This document shows positions 50,922-61,110 of a stretch of 64,000 nt of DNA, in pieces. Each line of letters begins with the position of its first letter. The stretch's first letter is position 1. The notes beneath the pieces are model-generated. The model was not told where the DNA came from. It did not search any database and saw only the letters and a list, made by a program, of their open reading frames with translations. The DNA is from an uncultured delta proteobacterium (GTDB lineage Bacteria; Myxococcota_A; Polyangia; Polyangiales; Polyangiaceae): contig CAWDXG010000004.1 of assembly GCA_963806225.1 (NCBI GenBank), forward strand, positions 4,768,001 to 4,832,000, given 5' to 3'. The position numbers and the translations under genes are program-made.

Positions 50922-52015
50922 CGGCCGGCGGGGAGCTTCACCGTGCAGTGGCTCATCGGGCCCCAGAAGCTGTCGACGTAGTACTTGCCGCCGCCCGAGG
51001 TCCACACGTCCACGTCGAACGGGTCGCAGCTGAGCGTGGTGACCGATCGGTCGCCCTGCAGGATCTCGATCTGGAACGTCATCACGCGTGGGACCTGGCT
51101 CCGGCCGCGAAAGTGGTGGCTCACGAGGTGGATGTTGGCGGTGAAGAACAGCGGCCCGGAACGATCCAGCACGAAGCTGGCCTCCTTCGGCTGGTCGCCG
51201 ACGGCGAGCTCCGCCATCGACACGCCGCAGGCCCTCATGCCGAAGACGGGTGCGACGACGAACAGCCCCAGGAGCCCGATTTCCACCAGAAACGGCCGCA
51301 CCCGCGAGGCGCGCTTCGGCAGGGCGGCGCCCCGGGGCAGCTCGCTCTGCACCGGCTGATCCGCCACGCCGAGCGCGAGCTCGAGCTGCCGTTCCAGATA
51401 CACGCCGAGCTCCGCGTCGCCAATGTTGCGGACCAGCAGCCTCGACTTCCCGTTCGCCGTCCGCGCCAGCAGCGAGAACGCGCCGCCCGCCTGTACCGTG
51501 AACAGCTGCACGATGTCAGCGGTCGGCAGGCGGACCTGCGTGCGTGGCCAGAAACGGCTCTGGCTACACTGGAGCTTGCCACCTGCCAGCCGGACCACGA
51601 GCCCGTCGAAGAGCGCGGTGACGCGCACCCACACGTAGAAGCCGACGGGCACCGACACCAGCCCCGCGACCACGTAGGAGTGGTTGGTCAGCGCCAGCTG
51701 CCAGATGTACGCGAGGCCCGCGAGGGCGAGCAGCCCGAGCAGGAACGCCAGAAGCGTCCTCGGGCTGAAGTAGCGCAGGGTGATGTCCAGCGAGCCGTCG
51801 CCGAGCGGAGTCGTGCCGTCGCTCGCGCCGCGCTTGAAGCGGACCTTCAATCGCGGCGTGGCGATCGCCTTCGGCCGCTCGACGGGTAGGCCCGAGATGA
51901 CCGCCGCGGCGTATTCCTCGAGCTCCGCGCGTTCTCCGTAGAGCGTGCCGCACGCGGGGCAGGCTCCCGTGGCCTGGTCTCCGGGCAGCGGTGTGCCGCA
52001 GTTCCTGCACCCCAT
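50834..52015 (-). CDS. Hypothetical membrane protein with N-terminal zinc ribbon
   Basis: CRNC...CPACG; three hydrophobic segments. Confidence 0.7.
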   Translation of the reverse strand: MGCRNCGTPLPGDQATGACPACGTLYGERAELEEYAAAVISGLPVERPKAIATPRLKVRFKRGASDGTTPLGDGSLDITLRYFSPRTLLAFLLGLLALAGLAYIWQLALTNHSYVVAGLVSVPVGFYVWVRVTALFDGLVVRLAGGKLQCSQSRFWPRTQVRLPTADIVQLFTVQAGGAFSLLARTANGKSRLLVRNIGDAELGVYLERQLELALGVADQPVQSELPRGAALPKRASRVRPFLVEIGLLGLFVVAPVFGMRACGVSMAELAVGDQPKEASFVLDRSGPLFFTANIHLVSHHFRGRSQVPRVMTFQIEILQGDRSVTTLSCDPFDVDVWTSGGGKYYVDSFWGPMSHCTVKLPAGRYTLRAVRRWKPGAKRVVFEESVLELRRE

Positions 52016-52122
52016 ACGCGCGGCATCCTTGCCGGAACATGCCAGCAGCGCAAGGTCGCGCGGGAAGATCGCGGAGGTGTGCGCGTAGGTCTAGAGATGG
52101 GTTGGTCCAGCCGGAGCAGGCG

Positions 52123-52464
52123 ATGAAGGGCGCGCGACCCCCGCGCCGCGCCCGCTCGTCCGTCGCGATCGGTTGCGGCGCGTTTGCCCTGCTGGTCTGG
52201 CTCGCGAACGTGCTCGAGGTGACGCTGTTCAAGCCGCACGCCTGCTCGATCGGACGCATGCAGCTCGAGTCGTATCTGTTCATGGCGCGTCCCGTTGCGA
52301 TGCTGCTTTCGCTGGTCGGGCTGTTGCTCGCCCTGTTCGCGCGCTCCGACAACCCGCGGCAGCGCGCCGCTGCGCTCTCTGTCTGCGCCCTGGGCGTGGC
52401 GGTCGCGGTGGCGTTCCTGAGGCGCTGGCTGCCCGGCCTGCACCTGCCCTGTCTCAGGGACTGA
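52123..52464 (+). CDS. Small hypothetical membrane protein
   Basis: Three hydrophobic segments; GGAG upstream. Confidence 0.55.
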   Translation: MKGARPPRRARSSVAIGCGAFALLVWLANVLEVTLFKPHACSIGRMQLESYLFMARPVAMLLSLVGLLLALFARSDNPRQRAAALSVCALGVAVAVAFLRRWLPGLHLPCLRD

Positions 52465-52474
52465 GCCCGCGCGC

Positions 52475-52996
52475 TCACTCCTCCGCCTGGCTGAGCGCCT
52501 TCTCGAGCAGGACGCGGAAGTGGCCGGCGTGCGGGTTCCAGTCGGGCCCGGGCCTCACGTCGGTCTCGAACAGCACCAGCTGCATTTCCACCTGGTACTT
52601 CTCTCCCGCCCGCGGGAGGCCGTCCTTGCCGGTGCGCCACACCAGCGTGCCCAGGTCGAAGCCGCGCCCCGGCACGTAGCCGCGTCGCGTGCTCTCGAGC
52701 CGCGGCCGCCCCCGCTCGTGCACGCGCGCCGTGTACGCCACGCCGATCGATCGCCCCGGCTCCACACGCACCGTCTTGTCTGCCAGAAGATCCGGATCGA
52801 TCTCGACGGAGAGCGTGTCGAGCCCGCGCGCGATCCGGAGCGCCGCCGGCACCTGCACGATCTCCGCGCGCCCCGGCTTCGCGTCGGCAGCGGAGGGCGC
52901 CTTGTGCCGATCGCAGCCCGCGCCGAGTGCGACCAGGCCGCCCGGCGCCAGCAGCGCGAACAGGAAAAGGACCGGCGCGGAGCGGCGTAGAGGCAC
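52475..52996 (-). CDS. Hypothetical lipoprotein
   Basis: Hydrophobic leader ending in GAGC. Confidence 0.55.
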   Translation of the reverse strand: MPLRRSAPVLFLFALLAPGGLVALGAGCDRHKAPSAADAKPGRAEIVQVPAALRIARGLDTLSVEIDPDLLADKTVRVEPGRSIGVAYTARVHERGRPRLESTRRGYVPGRGFDLGTLVWRTGKDGLPRAGEKYQVEMQLVLFETDVRPGPDWNPHAGHFRVLLEKALSQAEE

Positions 52997-53064
52997 GAGC
53001 GGAGAGTACCGCGCCGCGCCGCAGCGCGCAGCGCTGCGCGCGCTCCGCCAGGACGAGCATGCCG

Positions 53065-54126
53065 CTACTGCAGCGAGCAGATCACGCTGCCCACTTTTTC
53101 GGCGCCGGAGCACGAGGAGCCCGCGCCCAGCGCGCCGCTGAAGGAGAGGAACAGAGTCGGGCCGTCGACGGCGAGCGAGGCGGCCGCGATGGGCAGCTGC
53201 TCCGGCTTCGGGGGCGGCGGCGCGCCGCCTGTTCCGAGGGGAACGTCGCAGGGCACGGTCAGGCTCTGGGTTGCCAGGGCGTTGGCCGTGCTGGCCGTCG
53301 TGACGCCCAGCTGCAGCGTTCCCGCGACGGAGGGGTCGCCGCTGTAGCTGGCGGTGAGCTGTGCCCCGCTCTGCGACAGCACGAGTGTGCCGCTGCTGCC
53401 GCCGGAGACGATCTGGGTCTGGCCGCCGCTCTGGTACCGGGTCTCGACCTGGGAGCTGCAGGCGTAGCTGCCGACGGGCAGCGACGGGACGGAAGGCGGC
53501 GGCCCCGCGTCGACAGGCTGCGCCGCGGGGCCCTGCCGGCAGACGATCCAGAAGCCGGCGGGAATGGCTTGCGGGCCGCACGTTCCCGTATCGGCCTTCA
53601 GTTGTCCCGCCACGGAGAGGAAGACGCTGCCCGAGTCGTACGTCAGCGCGCCGGCGCTGGCGTGCAGCACCGCCGGGTACATCTGCTCGTTGGACACGCC
53701 CACGCCGAGGACGCAGAGCGCCTTGAAGCCAGAGGACACCTGCGCGGCGTGAGCGAGCGTCGCCGATGTGGCGGAGGTCGCCGCAAAGTCGAACGAGCTG
53801 GTCGTGCCGCCCAGGTCGACGTAGCTCGCGCCCAGCGTGGCCCCGCTCTGCTCCAGCGTGAGCGTTGCGCCGGGTTCGAAGCCGGTGCTGTTCATGAAAA
53901 TGTTGCCGTCGGGGTTGTGGAGACCCTGCGCGCAGTCGGTGTACGTTCCGAGCGGAAACGCGACCGCGCCGGAGTCGACAGCCTCGGCGTCGTGCGCTGG
54001 GGCGTCGTGCGCTGGGGCGTCCGGCGCCGAGGCGTCCCGCGGTGCGATGGCGCCGAGGTCGCTCCGCGCGCCACAGGCGGCGACCTGGAGCGCGAGCAGC
54101 AGCAATGCAACGTCACGTCCACGCAC
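53065..54126 (-). CDS. Hypothetical lipoprotein with an internal two-domain repeat
   Basis: VAACGARS lipobox; TL.L.QSGA.L.ASY repeated twice. Confidence 0.75.
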   Translation of the reverse strand: MRGRDVALLLLALQVAACGARSDLGAIAPRDASAPDAPAHDAPAHDAEAVDSGAVAFPLGTYTDCAQGLHNPDGNIFMNSTGFEPGATLTLEQSGATLGASYVDLGGTTSSFDFAATSATSATLAHAAQVSSGFKALCVLGVGVSNEQMYPAVLHASAGALTYDSGSVFLSVAGQLKADTGTCGPQAIPAGFWIVCRQGPAAQPVDAGPPPSVPSLPVGSYACSSQVETRYQSGGQTQIVSGGSSGTLVLSQSGAQLTASYSGDPSVAGTLQLGVTTASTANALATQSLTVPCDVPLGTGGAPPPPKPEQLPIAAASLAVDGPTLFLSFSGALGAGSSCSGAEKVGSVICSLQ

Positions 54127-54233
54127 CCCTTCACGCTATCACGCCGCGGATCGCCCCGCGCGTGCCCGCGCCGCACCGGCAAAAACCCAACCCAATAACC
54201 GGCGCCGTCGACCGCGCGAGTGTGACGGAGGCG

Positions 54234-55052
54234 TCAGTTCACGAGTGCCGTCGAGATAGCGGGCGGCTTCGTGTCGAAACCGATGACGCGCCGGGCGCTG
54301 CACGCCGATGGCCCCTTGCAGCCGGACGTGACGAGCACCAGCGTCGCATTCACCTCGACGCGCAGGTTCTGGGGCTTGACGTCCGTCGGGGCCACGAACT
54401 TTATCGTGTTGTCGCTGATGTCGACGCCCGTCGGTTGTCCCAGCCTGAAGAGTTCCTCACCCGTGCTGCTCGTGGCAACGAGCATCGCGCTGTCGATGCT
54501 CTCGCTCTGGAGCCCGAGATCAATCGTTGCCTGCCCGCCGGAGTGCAGCGTGCCGTCGGCCGGAGCGGTCAGGGCCGGCTTCCGCGTGGCGAGCGCATCG
54601 CTCACCTGGACGCGATACGTCGCCGTGTTGTCGCGGATCTCGAGCGCGACGGGGCCGTCGAGCGAAGGCAGCTTGTCGCTGCGGGAGAGCTCGAAAGCCG
54701 GTGGCGTGCACTGGTTGTGCACGCTTCCGGGGCCCGTGCCCGTCCCGACATGGCTGCTGCCGGGACTGACGACGCGCATCGGCAGACCCGCGAGGGTGGC
54801 GTTCGCGTCGACGCGCAGGCAGCTGCTCTGGTGTGCGGTGGGCTCGAGCGTCACCTCGATGGCGTCGTCGCGGACCTCGAGCGCGACGCGGGTTGTCGAT
54901 GCCGCTTCCGCGAGCGTCGAGCTGTGCGTGCCGATGCCGCCGCAGCCGGAGAGCAGAGCGGCCACCGCGAGCGACAGCCCCGCGCCAGAGACGCGACGCG
55001 GCGAAGGCCGCGCCCAACGTCTACCGAGCAAGCTCATGCCAGAGGACATCAT
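54234..55052 (-). CDS. Hypothetical lipoprotein
   Basis: LLSGC lipobox; start approximate. Confidence 0.6.
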   Translation of the reverse strand: MMSSGMSLLGRRWARPSPRRVSGAGLSLAVAALLSGCGGIGTHSSTLAEAASTTRVALEVRDDAIEVTLEPTAHQSSCLRVDANATLAGLPMRVVSPGSSHVGTGTGPGSVHNQCTPPAFELSRSDKLPSLDGPVALEIRDNTATYRVQVSDALATRKPALTAPADGTLHSGGQATIDLGLQSESIDSAMLVATSSTGEELFRLGQPTGVDISDNTIKFVAPTDVKPQNLRVEVNATLVLVTSGCKGPSACSARRVIGFDTKPPAISTALVN

Positions 55053-55153
55053 CAAGGCTCCCGTCTCGACCCACACCCGAACGCTGCTTCCAGCGCGAAG
55101 AACCAAGTCTAGGTGCCGCCCCGTCCTTGTCAAACCGTGCGGCAGGGCGCGCG

Positions 55154-55852
55154 TCAGTCCGGCTCGGAGGCGTGCTCCCACCAGGACAGCGCCACGGTCA
55201 GAAGCATCAGGCGGCGCTGGAGCCTCGGGGGGATGGCTTGCGCGGGCAGGTACAGCCGCACCTGCATGTCGGTGACGATGTCGGCGGCGAGCAGCAGCCG
55301 GTCGCCCGGAGCGGTCCACGAGATGTAGCCGACGCGCGCGTCCGTGGCTTCCTCGTAGCCGTGCTCGAGCAGCACGTGCCGGTCGCCGAGCGTCGCCACG
55401 CCGCGCCAGCAACCCGGCGTTGTCATCATGGAAAAGTACGAGCGGCTGTCGGCGGCGCAGGCCGCTCCCGGGTTCATCCAGAACGCGATCCGGTCCTTGC
55501 CGCCGCTGGTCGACCAGCAGCCGAAGCGCGTGCGGGGCACGTGCGCTCCCTTTGGGTCGGTCTCGCAGTGGATCGCCTCGCCGTCGAGCGCGGCGGTGAA
55601 GGCGATGTCGGCGCGGTACGCCCCTGCTGCCGACGCGACGTAGGCCCGTGCCAGCTCGATGCGGATCGTGCCGCCGCCCGGCACGTCCCAGCTCGTCGGC
55701 GCGAAGCCGTACATATGCCCCGGCGTCGCGCGTATCACGACCGTGTTCCGCTTGTCCGAGGGCCAGCCCTCGGGGTGGTTGACCACGCAGGCTCCAAGTG
55801 GAAGCGCCAGAGCCAGCGGCAGAGCGAGGCGCCAGGCGGTGTCGAGCCCCAT
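55154..55852 (-). CDS. Hypothetical lipoprotein
   Basis: LGAC lipobox. Confidence 0.65.
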   Translation of the reverse strand: MGLDTAWRLALPLALALPLGACVVNHPEGWPSDKRNTVVIRATPGHMYGFAPTSWDVPGGGTIRIELARAYVASAAGAYRADIAFTAALDGEAIHCETDPKGAHVPRTRFGCWSTSGGKDRIAFWMNPGAACAADSRSYFSMMTTPGCWRGVATLGDRHVLLEHGYEEATDARVGYISWTAPGDRLLLAADIVTDMQVRLYLPAQAIPPRLQRRLMLLTVALSWWEHASEPD

Positions 55853-56063
55853 GGCGCTGTCGTAGCACAGGCTGGTGGGCTTTTTGCCTCCCGGCGCCCG
55901 GACGGAATGTAGCCATCCTCGGCGAGGCCAGCGGCCGCCCTACAGCGGCGCGAAGTCCGACCAGCGACGTGTCAGGCCCAGCACGAAGATCCAGCGCTCG
56001 GTGTCCACGTACCGGGTGGAGCTTCCCCAGGGCTTGTAGCTCGCGGATTCGGACTCTGCTTGT

Positions 56064-56528
56064 TCAGCGAGGGCCGAACTCGATGGCGCCGCCGGGCAGG
56101 AAGTACAGGATGTTCATGGTCCCGCCTTCCACGGTCGGCACATGCCACGAGCCGGGCTCGTAGACGGTCCAGCCCGGCGCGCGCCCGTCGAAGCTCGGCG
56201 TGCCGTCCACGGCAAAGCAGAGGTCGAACTCGCCGTTCGGATGCCTGTGCCCTGGACCCGGTCGATCCATGCGCACCGCATCGATCGACAGCTCGCTCTC
56301 CGTGCTCGCCTTGCGCACGCGCGAGTAGCGCACGCCGGGGCCGCCCTCGCGCGAGCACAGCCAGCCGTCGGCAACGCCCTCTGCAAACAGCCCGGCCAGG
56401 GCCCGCATATCGTCCCCGTCGACCGGGAAGCGCTGCTCGAGCACCTCGGCTGCGCTCTGCTCCGGCTTCATCTCGAGCAGGGCGGAGATCAGGGGCTCGA
56501 GGGCTCGATCGAATTCTTCACGCGACAT
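56064..56528 (-). CDS. DUF4863-family protein
   Basis: GWLC.REG..GVRY.RV, H.HPNGE.DL, PGS.H.PTV.GG, LYFLPGGAIEF. Confidence 0.8.
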   Translation of the reverse strand: MSREEFDRALEPLISALLEMKPEQSAAEVLEQRFPVDGDDMRALAGLFAEGVADGWLCSREGGPGVRYSRVRKASTESELSIDAVRMDRPGPGHRHPNGEFDLCFAVDGTPSFDGRAPGWTVYEPGSWHVPTVEGGTMNILYFLPGGAIEFGPR

Positions 56529-56611
56529 GCCCAAGGTCGTACCACGAGCGCGGGCCACCTCAAGCGTGCGGTTGTGGATCGGCACCATGTGAGGCGCGCG
56601 CCTGGTAGGCG

Positions 56612-57283
56612 TCACTCCCGGATCAGCCGCTTCATCGCCTTGTTGCCGTAGGAAACGACGGGCTCGTGCTGCACGGCCAGTCGCTTCTCCAGGTGGGCCA
56701 CGAATGCCCGCGCGAGCTCGTCCTGCCGGATGTTCCCCCAGCCGAGGGAATCCGGAATCAGGGCGGTGAAGGGCGCCATCCAGCCGGGGGTGTGCGCGTT
56801 GCCCACGATCATCCCGGGCTTGAAGACGGCCAGTTTCTCGAAGCCAACCGCGAGCACCGCGTCCAGCTTCTTCCCCATCACCCGGACGTACTTGATCCTC
56901 GAGTTTGCGCTCTTTTCGTCCACGCCCACGGCAGTCAAGAGCTCGAAGCTCTCGACTCCGGCCGCCTTGCAGCCCCTGGCGAAGCTGCCCACCAGATCGA
57001 CCTCGACCTGTAGCATCTCTGCCTCGGTCATCGAGTTCGTGCCACTTCCTATCCCGACGCAGCTGATGGCCACGTCGTGACCTCGCGCGGTGTCCTGCAC
57101 GACCGCCGCGAAGTCGGCCGCGCTCGTATCGACCACGACCTGCTCCACCTTCGGTTCGCCCTCCACGCTGGCCACGGCCCGGCGACCCAGCAGCGTCAGC
57201 CCGGAGCACGCATCACTCTCGATCAGCGCGCGCGCCACCGCTCCGCCGACCTCGCCACTTCCTCCGAACAGGATGCACTTCAT
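56612..57283 (-). CDS. NAD(P)-binding oxidoreductase (TIP30/YraR-like atypical SDR)
   Basis: LFGGSGEVG, Y.RV.G, KPG.IVG; GGAGG RBS. Confidence 0.75.
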   Translation of the reverse strand: MKCILFGGSGEVGGAVARALIESDACSGLTLLGRRAVASVEGEPKVEQVVVDTSAADFAAVVQDTARGHDVAISCVGIGSGTNSMTEAEMLQVEVDLVGSFARGCKAAGVESFELLTAVGVDEKSANSRIKYVRVMGKKLDAVLAVGFEKLAVFKPGMIVGNAHTPGWMAPFTALIPDSLGWGNIRQDELARAFVAHLEKRLAVQHEPVVSYGNKAMKRLIRE

Positions 57284-57402
57284 CGCACGCCTCCAGCGTT
57301 GTCGGCGGACGTTGCTCCACTTCGTCGCGCTCGACAACCATCGCCGCCGCAACAACAGCGATCCGCCACCCCCTGCCGTTCGAAAGGGCGCGTAATTCGG
57401 CT

Positions 57403-58774
57403 TCAGCCGTGCGGCGCGGGTCGCAGCAGGCCCGCGCCGGCCGCTTGCTCGCTCTCGGCGGCGCGCTCGGGCACGTCGCGGATGAGGCGTTTGACAACCA
57501 CGATGAACACGCCCGTCAGCGCCAGGTTCAGTGCCAGCGAGAGCATCGCCACCGTGACGATGGGGCCTCCGATGCCGTAGCCGAGGCTCAAGACGAGCAC
57601 GCCGGCGCCGACCTCGCCCCGCGGCCACATGCCGATGGCCACCGCCAGCCGATGCCGCCAGTGCGCCTCCTTCCTGTAGCAGAACGCAGGGAACATCTTG
57701 CCGAGGTTGGCGAGCAGCGTGATGAGCAGCACGTGCAGCGCCACCGTGCCCCAGTCGAGAATCGGGCTGGCTGGCGGTGACGGTCGCGGTGAAGCGCGCC
57801 GCCTGTTGTCCGCCCAGCGCCGCCGCATTGTCGACGACGCTCGGGGGCGCCGCGGCGTGAAGCGCCGCCGGCGTCGGTGCCGCATGCTGCAGGTCGGGCC
57901 CGCCGAAGATAGCCGGCATGCTCAGGCCGACCAGCAGCATGAACGCCGCCGAGACGGCCGTGACCGCGCGGCGCTCCGCCGGCCGCTCGAGCAACCGGTG
58001 CAGGGCGTGCTCGACGCTCTCCGCGTCGGAACCCGGCGCAACGTCGCGCGGCCGCGCCAGACAGCCGAGCACGAACGCGGGCAGGAGCACCTCGATGTGG
58101 ATGGGCACCGAGGGGTCGACCAGCTTGCTGCCGGCGTAGAGCAGCTCGCTTACCGTTACGATGACCCCGGAGTACGCGAGCACCCAGGCCCAGCCCACCG
58201 GCATGCGCACGCGGTGCAGAAAGACGTAGGCGACGCCGAGCAAGAGCGCCATCAGCACCACCACCAGACCCAGCTGCCAGGCCAGCCCCACCATCAGCAT
58301 CTTCAGCGGGACCATCAAGAGCACCGTGTCCAGGTCGTCGAAGATGGCGAGGATGCGCGCCTTCTTGAACAGCCACGTCGCACCGAGCCCGGCGGCGGCG
58401 AGCATGCTGAACAAGACGCCGGCGGAAGTGGGCGCCGCAAAGCGCCCGGCCAGGAGCGTCTCCTTCCACGCAGCGAAGTCGCCCCACGCCGGCGACGGCA
58501 GCATCACGAACACGAAGTAGCCCGTCACCAGCAGCCAGGGGAACGAGGCAGCGGTGAAGGCCACGACGTAGTCCCAGCCGTATTCCCGGATCCGGCTCTT
58601 GTCGATGTGGAACTCGAACCCGACGTGGATCATGATGTAGGCGAGGCCCGTCATCGTGAGCACGCGGATGACGGCCGCCACCGGGTCGTGCGCGCCGCCC
58701 AGCAGAGCGGGCAGGAGCTGCGAAAGCCCGAGCCCCGCGAACAGCAGCAAGGAATACAACAGAACCTTCCGCAT
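57403..58774 (-). CDS. Cation:proton antiporter, +1 frameshift near 57761
   Basis: Multiple TM helices; APTSAG, LAIFDDLD, GMWPRGEVG motifs split across two frames. Confidence 0.85.
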
Positions 58775-58928
58775 CGCCCATTTCCCCCCATGCGGCGCGC
58801 GCTCCACAGCCGCGCCGGAAATTCCCCTTCTACAGCAGATGGGTCCCGGCAATGCCGCGCGCAAGGGTCCTTCGCAGGCCGCGGCCATCCCGTCATCCTG
58901 CCCGCCGCCGCCCAGGGCGCCCACGATG

Positions 58929-58984
58929 GCGCTCGCGCACGGCGCGGCGGATGGCGGCGGGTAGGGTGTCGCGCCGGCGCGGGT
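58929..58984 (-). pseudogene. Degenerate fragment of the HNH gene
   Basis: Encodes PRRRDTLPAAIRRAVRER, versus PRRRGTVPAAVRRAVRER at 59508-59563. Confidence 0.65.
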
Positions 58985-59112
58985 TCGCGGGGACAGCACG
59001 AATGTCTACTGGATGGACTACACCGCCGGGACGGTGAACTGGGCGCCGAACTAGGCGCGTTGGCGAGGGTCCCCGCTCTCGTGCGACACGCTTCGCGAAC
59101 AGGACGATGCCA

Positions 59113-59253
59113 AGGGCCGGCCTGCGGACGAGGCGTTCGACCGTCTCGAGCGCAAGCTCCGTTCGCGATGACGCGTCGGCTCGTGATCGAGCGCGAAGCC
59201 GAGTCGGAGCTCAAGGAGGCGGTTCGCTACGAAGAGGCCGCCATCGGTCTCGG
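59113..59253 (+). pseudogene. Remnant of an addiction-module antitoxin 3' end and ParE toxin 5' end
   Basis: GRPADEAFDRLERKLRSR*/MTRRLVIEREAESEL, a close paralogue of 60695-60838. Confidence 0.8.
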
Positions 59254-59291
59254 TGCGCGGGCATCGGGACCAGCCTGCAAAAAGACTGTCG

Positions 59292-60407
59292 TCACCCGTC
59301 CGGCGCCGCGGGTTTCCTTTCCTGCATGAACCCGCGCCCGAAATCTTCCTCGGCAGCCAGTGCATTGTGCGCGCGGCAGCGCAGCGTGAGGTTCCCGGCG
59401 CTGGTAGGTCCGCCGCGGGCGAAGGGCTGTTCGTGGTGGAGCTCGAGCCGGGCGGTCTCGCGGCAGCGCTGGCCGCGGGGGTCGATGTAGCTGCAGCGGG
59501 CGCCGTCGCGCTCGCGGACGGCGCGGCGGACGGCTGCGGGGACCGTGCCGCGCCGGCGCGGGTCGCCGGCGTGGTCGCGCTGGCGCGGGTCGTCCGCGTT
59601 GCTCGGTGTGCCGCGCCGGCGCGGGTCGCCGGCGTCTCCGGCCTGGAGGTTGTTGTCGCGCCGGTGCGGAACCGCGCTTCCGCCTTGTGGCGCGGAGGTG
59701 CCGCGCTGGCGCGGCTTGCCGTTTGGCGGCGCGGCTTTGCGCTCCGCACCGCCCTGGCGCGGCTTGTCCGTCGCGGCGTACTTCTGCTTCTCGAGCTTTT
59801 CGACCAGCTCGCGCAGCGCGCGCAGGTGCACTGCCTCGATGGAGCGATCCGTCGCGGCGTGCGAGAGCAGGTCGCGCGCTCGTTCGAGCAACTCGACGTA
59901 TTCCTGCGTGGCGGTGAACTGGACCTTGTAGCGCTGGGGCCGCGCCGGCGCGGGGGCGGTTGCCTCTTGGTGGTCATCCCCGCTTCCGCCAACCGCATCG
60001 CCCGCGCCATCCACCCAATCCGCCGGCCGCTCGCCGGGCGGAAGCTCGCGCACCGGATTGAACGACGCGACGAACTCGCTCCACGTCGGATTGCGCGGCG
60101 AGGCGAGCTCGGGGCCGAGCGGCTCGACCCGTGCGGGCACGGCGGGCAGCGGATCGATCTCGCGGACCAGCTTTGCGATCTCGCGCTTGGTGCGATGCTT
60201 CGCGCGGGCCAGCACGTCGCTGCAATTGTCGTCGGTCAGATGCGGGCCGAGCAGCAACAGACCCGTCAGGTGAAGCTCGCCGCGAGCGACCGCGTCGTAG
60301 AGCGCCGGGAACTTCCGGCACAGCCGCGCGGCCTTCGCGCGGCGGAACGCGGCATCTTCGGACAACCTACGCGCCGGCAGCTCCGGTAGGCCCGACGACT
60401 CGAACAT
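59292..60407 (-). CDS. HNH endonuclease (DUF222-like N-terminus), probably 5'-truncated
   Basis: C...C....LELHH..PFARGG.T...NLTLRCRAHN; N-terminal LSEDAAFRR...GELHLTGL. Confidence 0.8.
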   Translation of the reverse strand: MFESSGLPELPARRLSEDAAFRRAKAARLCRKFPALYDAVARGELHLTGLLLLGPHLTDDNCSDVLARAKHRTKREIAKLVREIDPLPAVPARVEPLGPELASPRNPTWSEFVASFNPVRELPPGERPADWVDGAGDAVGGSGDDHQEATAPAPARPQRYKVQFTATQEYVELLERARDLLSHAATDRSIEAVHLRALRELVEKLEKQKYAATDKPRQGGAERKAAPPNGKPRQRGTSAPQGGSAVPHRRDNNLQAGDAGDPRRRGTPSNADDPRQRDHAGDPRRRGTVPAAVRRAVRERDGARCSYIDPRGQRCRETARLELHHEQPFARGGPTSAGNLTLRCRAHNALAAEEDFGRGFMQERKPAAPDG

Positions 60408-60522
60408 CGGGGTGAACGCCGACTTTCTCGATCTACTGCGCGACCGGCTCCGGATCGTCCCCGCTTTCGTGGGACGCGACTCCCGAACTGGACATCGCCA
60501 CTCGCAGCGATACGATCACGGC

Positions 60523-60753
60523 ATGGCCAGTGTCGCTGTCCAGAAGATCATCGAGCACGTCTCCGGTCTTTCGGAGGAAGAGCGGCGTGTCGTCGTGGAC
60601 GCCATCGCGCCGGCGGCTTCCACCGCCCAGCTCGCTGACGAGTGGGAGGCAGAGATCGCGCGCCGCGCCGCCCGCGTGCGTGGAGGCGTGTCGCAGGGCC
60701 GGCCCGCGGACGAGGTATTCGATCGTCTCGAGCGCAAGCTCCCGTCGCGATGA
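60523..60753 (+). CDS. Addiction-module antitoxin
   Basis: LSEEER..., W.AEIARR...G....PADEVF; ATGA overlap with the toxin gene. Confidence 0.8.
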   Translation: MASVAVQKIIEHVSGLSEEERRVVVDAIAPAASTAQLADEWEAEIARRAARVRGGVSQGRPADEVFDRLERKLPSR

Positions 60754-61010
60754 CACGTCGGCTCGTCATCGAGCCCGAAGCCGAGGCGGAGCTCGAGGAG
60801 GCAGCGATTCGCTACGAAGAGGCTGTCGCCGGCCTCGGCCACGACTTCCTGGCCGAGATGCGCAGCCGGACGCGGGACTACCTGGGGGCGACGGATCCGG
60901 ATGCGCTGGTGCGGCTCTCCGACCTTGCCGACGAGTATCCGGCGCAGCTCGAGGTGCGGGTGTACGAGGCGCCGGCGCGGAGCTTCGATCCGAAGTCGTC
61001 CGGCGCGTAG
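60750..61010 (+). pseudogene. Truncated ParE/RelE toxin fused in frame to a copy of a PLD-domain segment
   Basis: MTRRLVIEPEAEAELEEAAIRYEE..AGLG.DF, then DYLGATDPDAL...SFDPK, which copies 62469-62594. Confidence 0.8.
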
Positions 61011-61110
61011 CGGGCCGTGGACTGAACGCCGGCGAGGCGGCGTGGCGGCGCCTGCGGCACCTCAGGCCGCCCCCGTTGCGGGCGGCTGGTTCCAGCGCTA
61101 TTTCTGCAAC

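Noticed and set aside
56612..58999. Apparent 795-aa antiporter-oxidoreductase fusion
   Set aside because: Artefact of the frameshift at ~57761; the oxidoreductase has its own GGAGG RBS and ATG at 57283.
59545..59770. Direct repeats inside the HNH gene
   Set aside because: They encode a low-complexity PRRRG/PRQR linker, with no evidence of an independent element.
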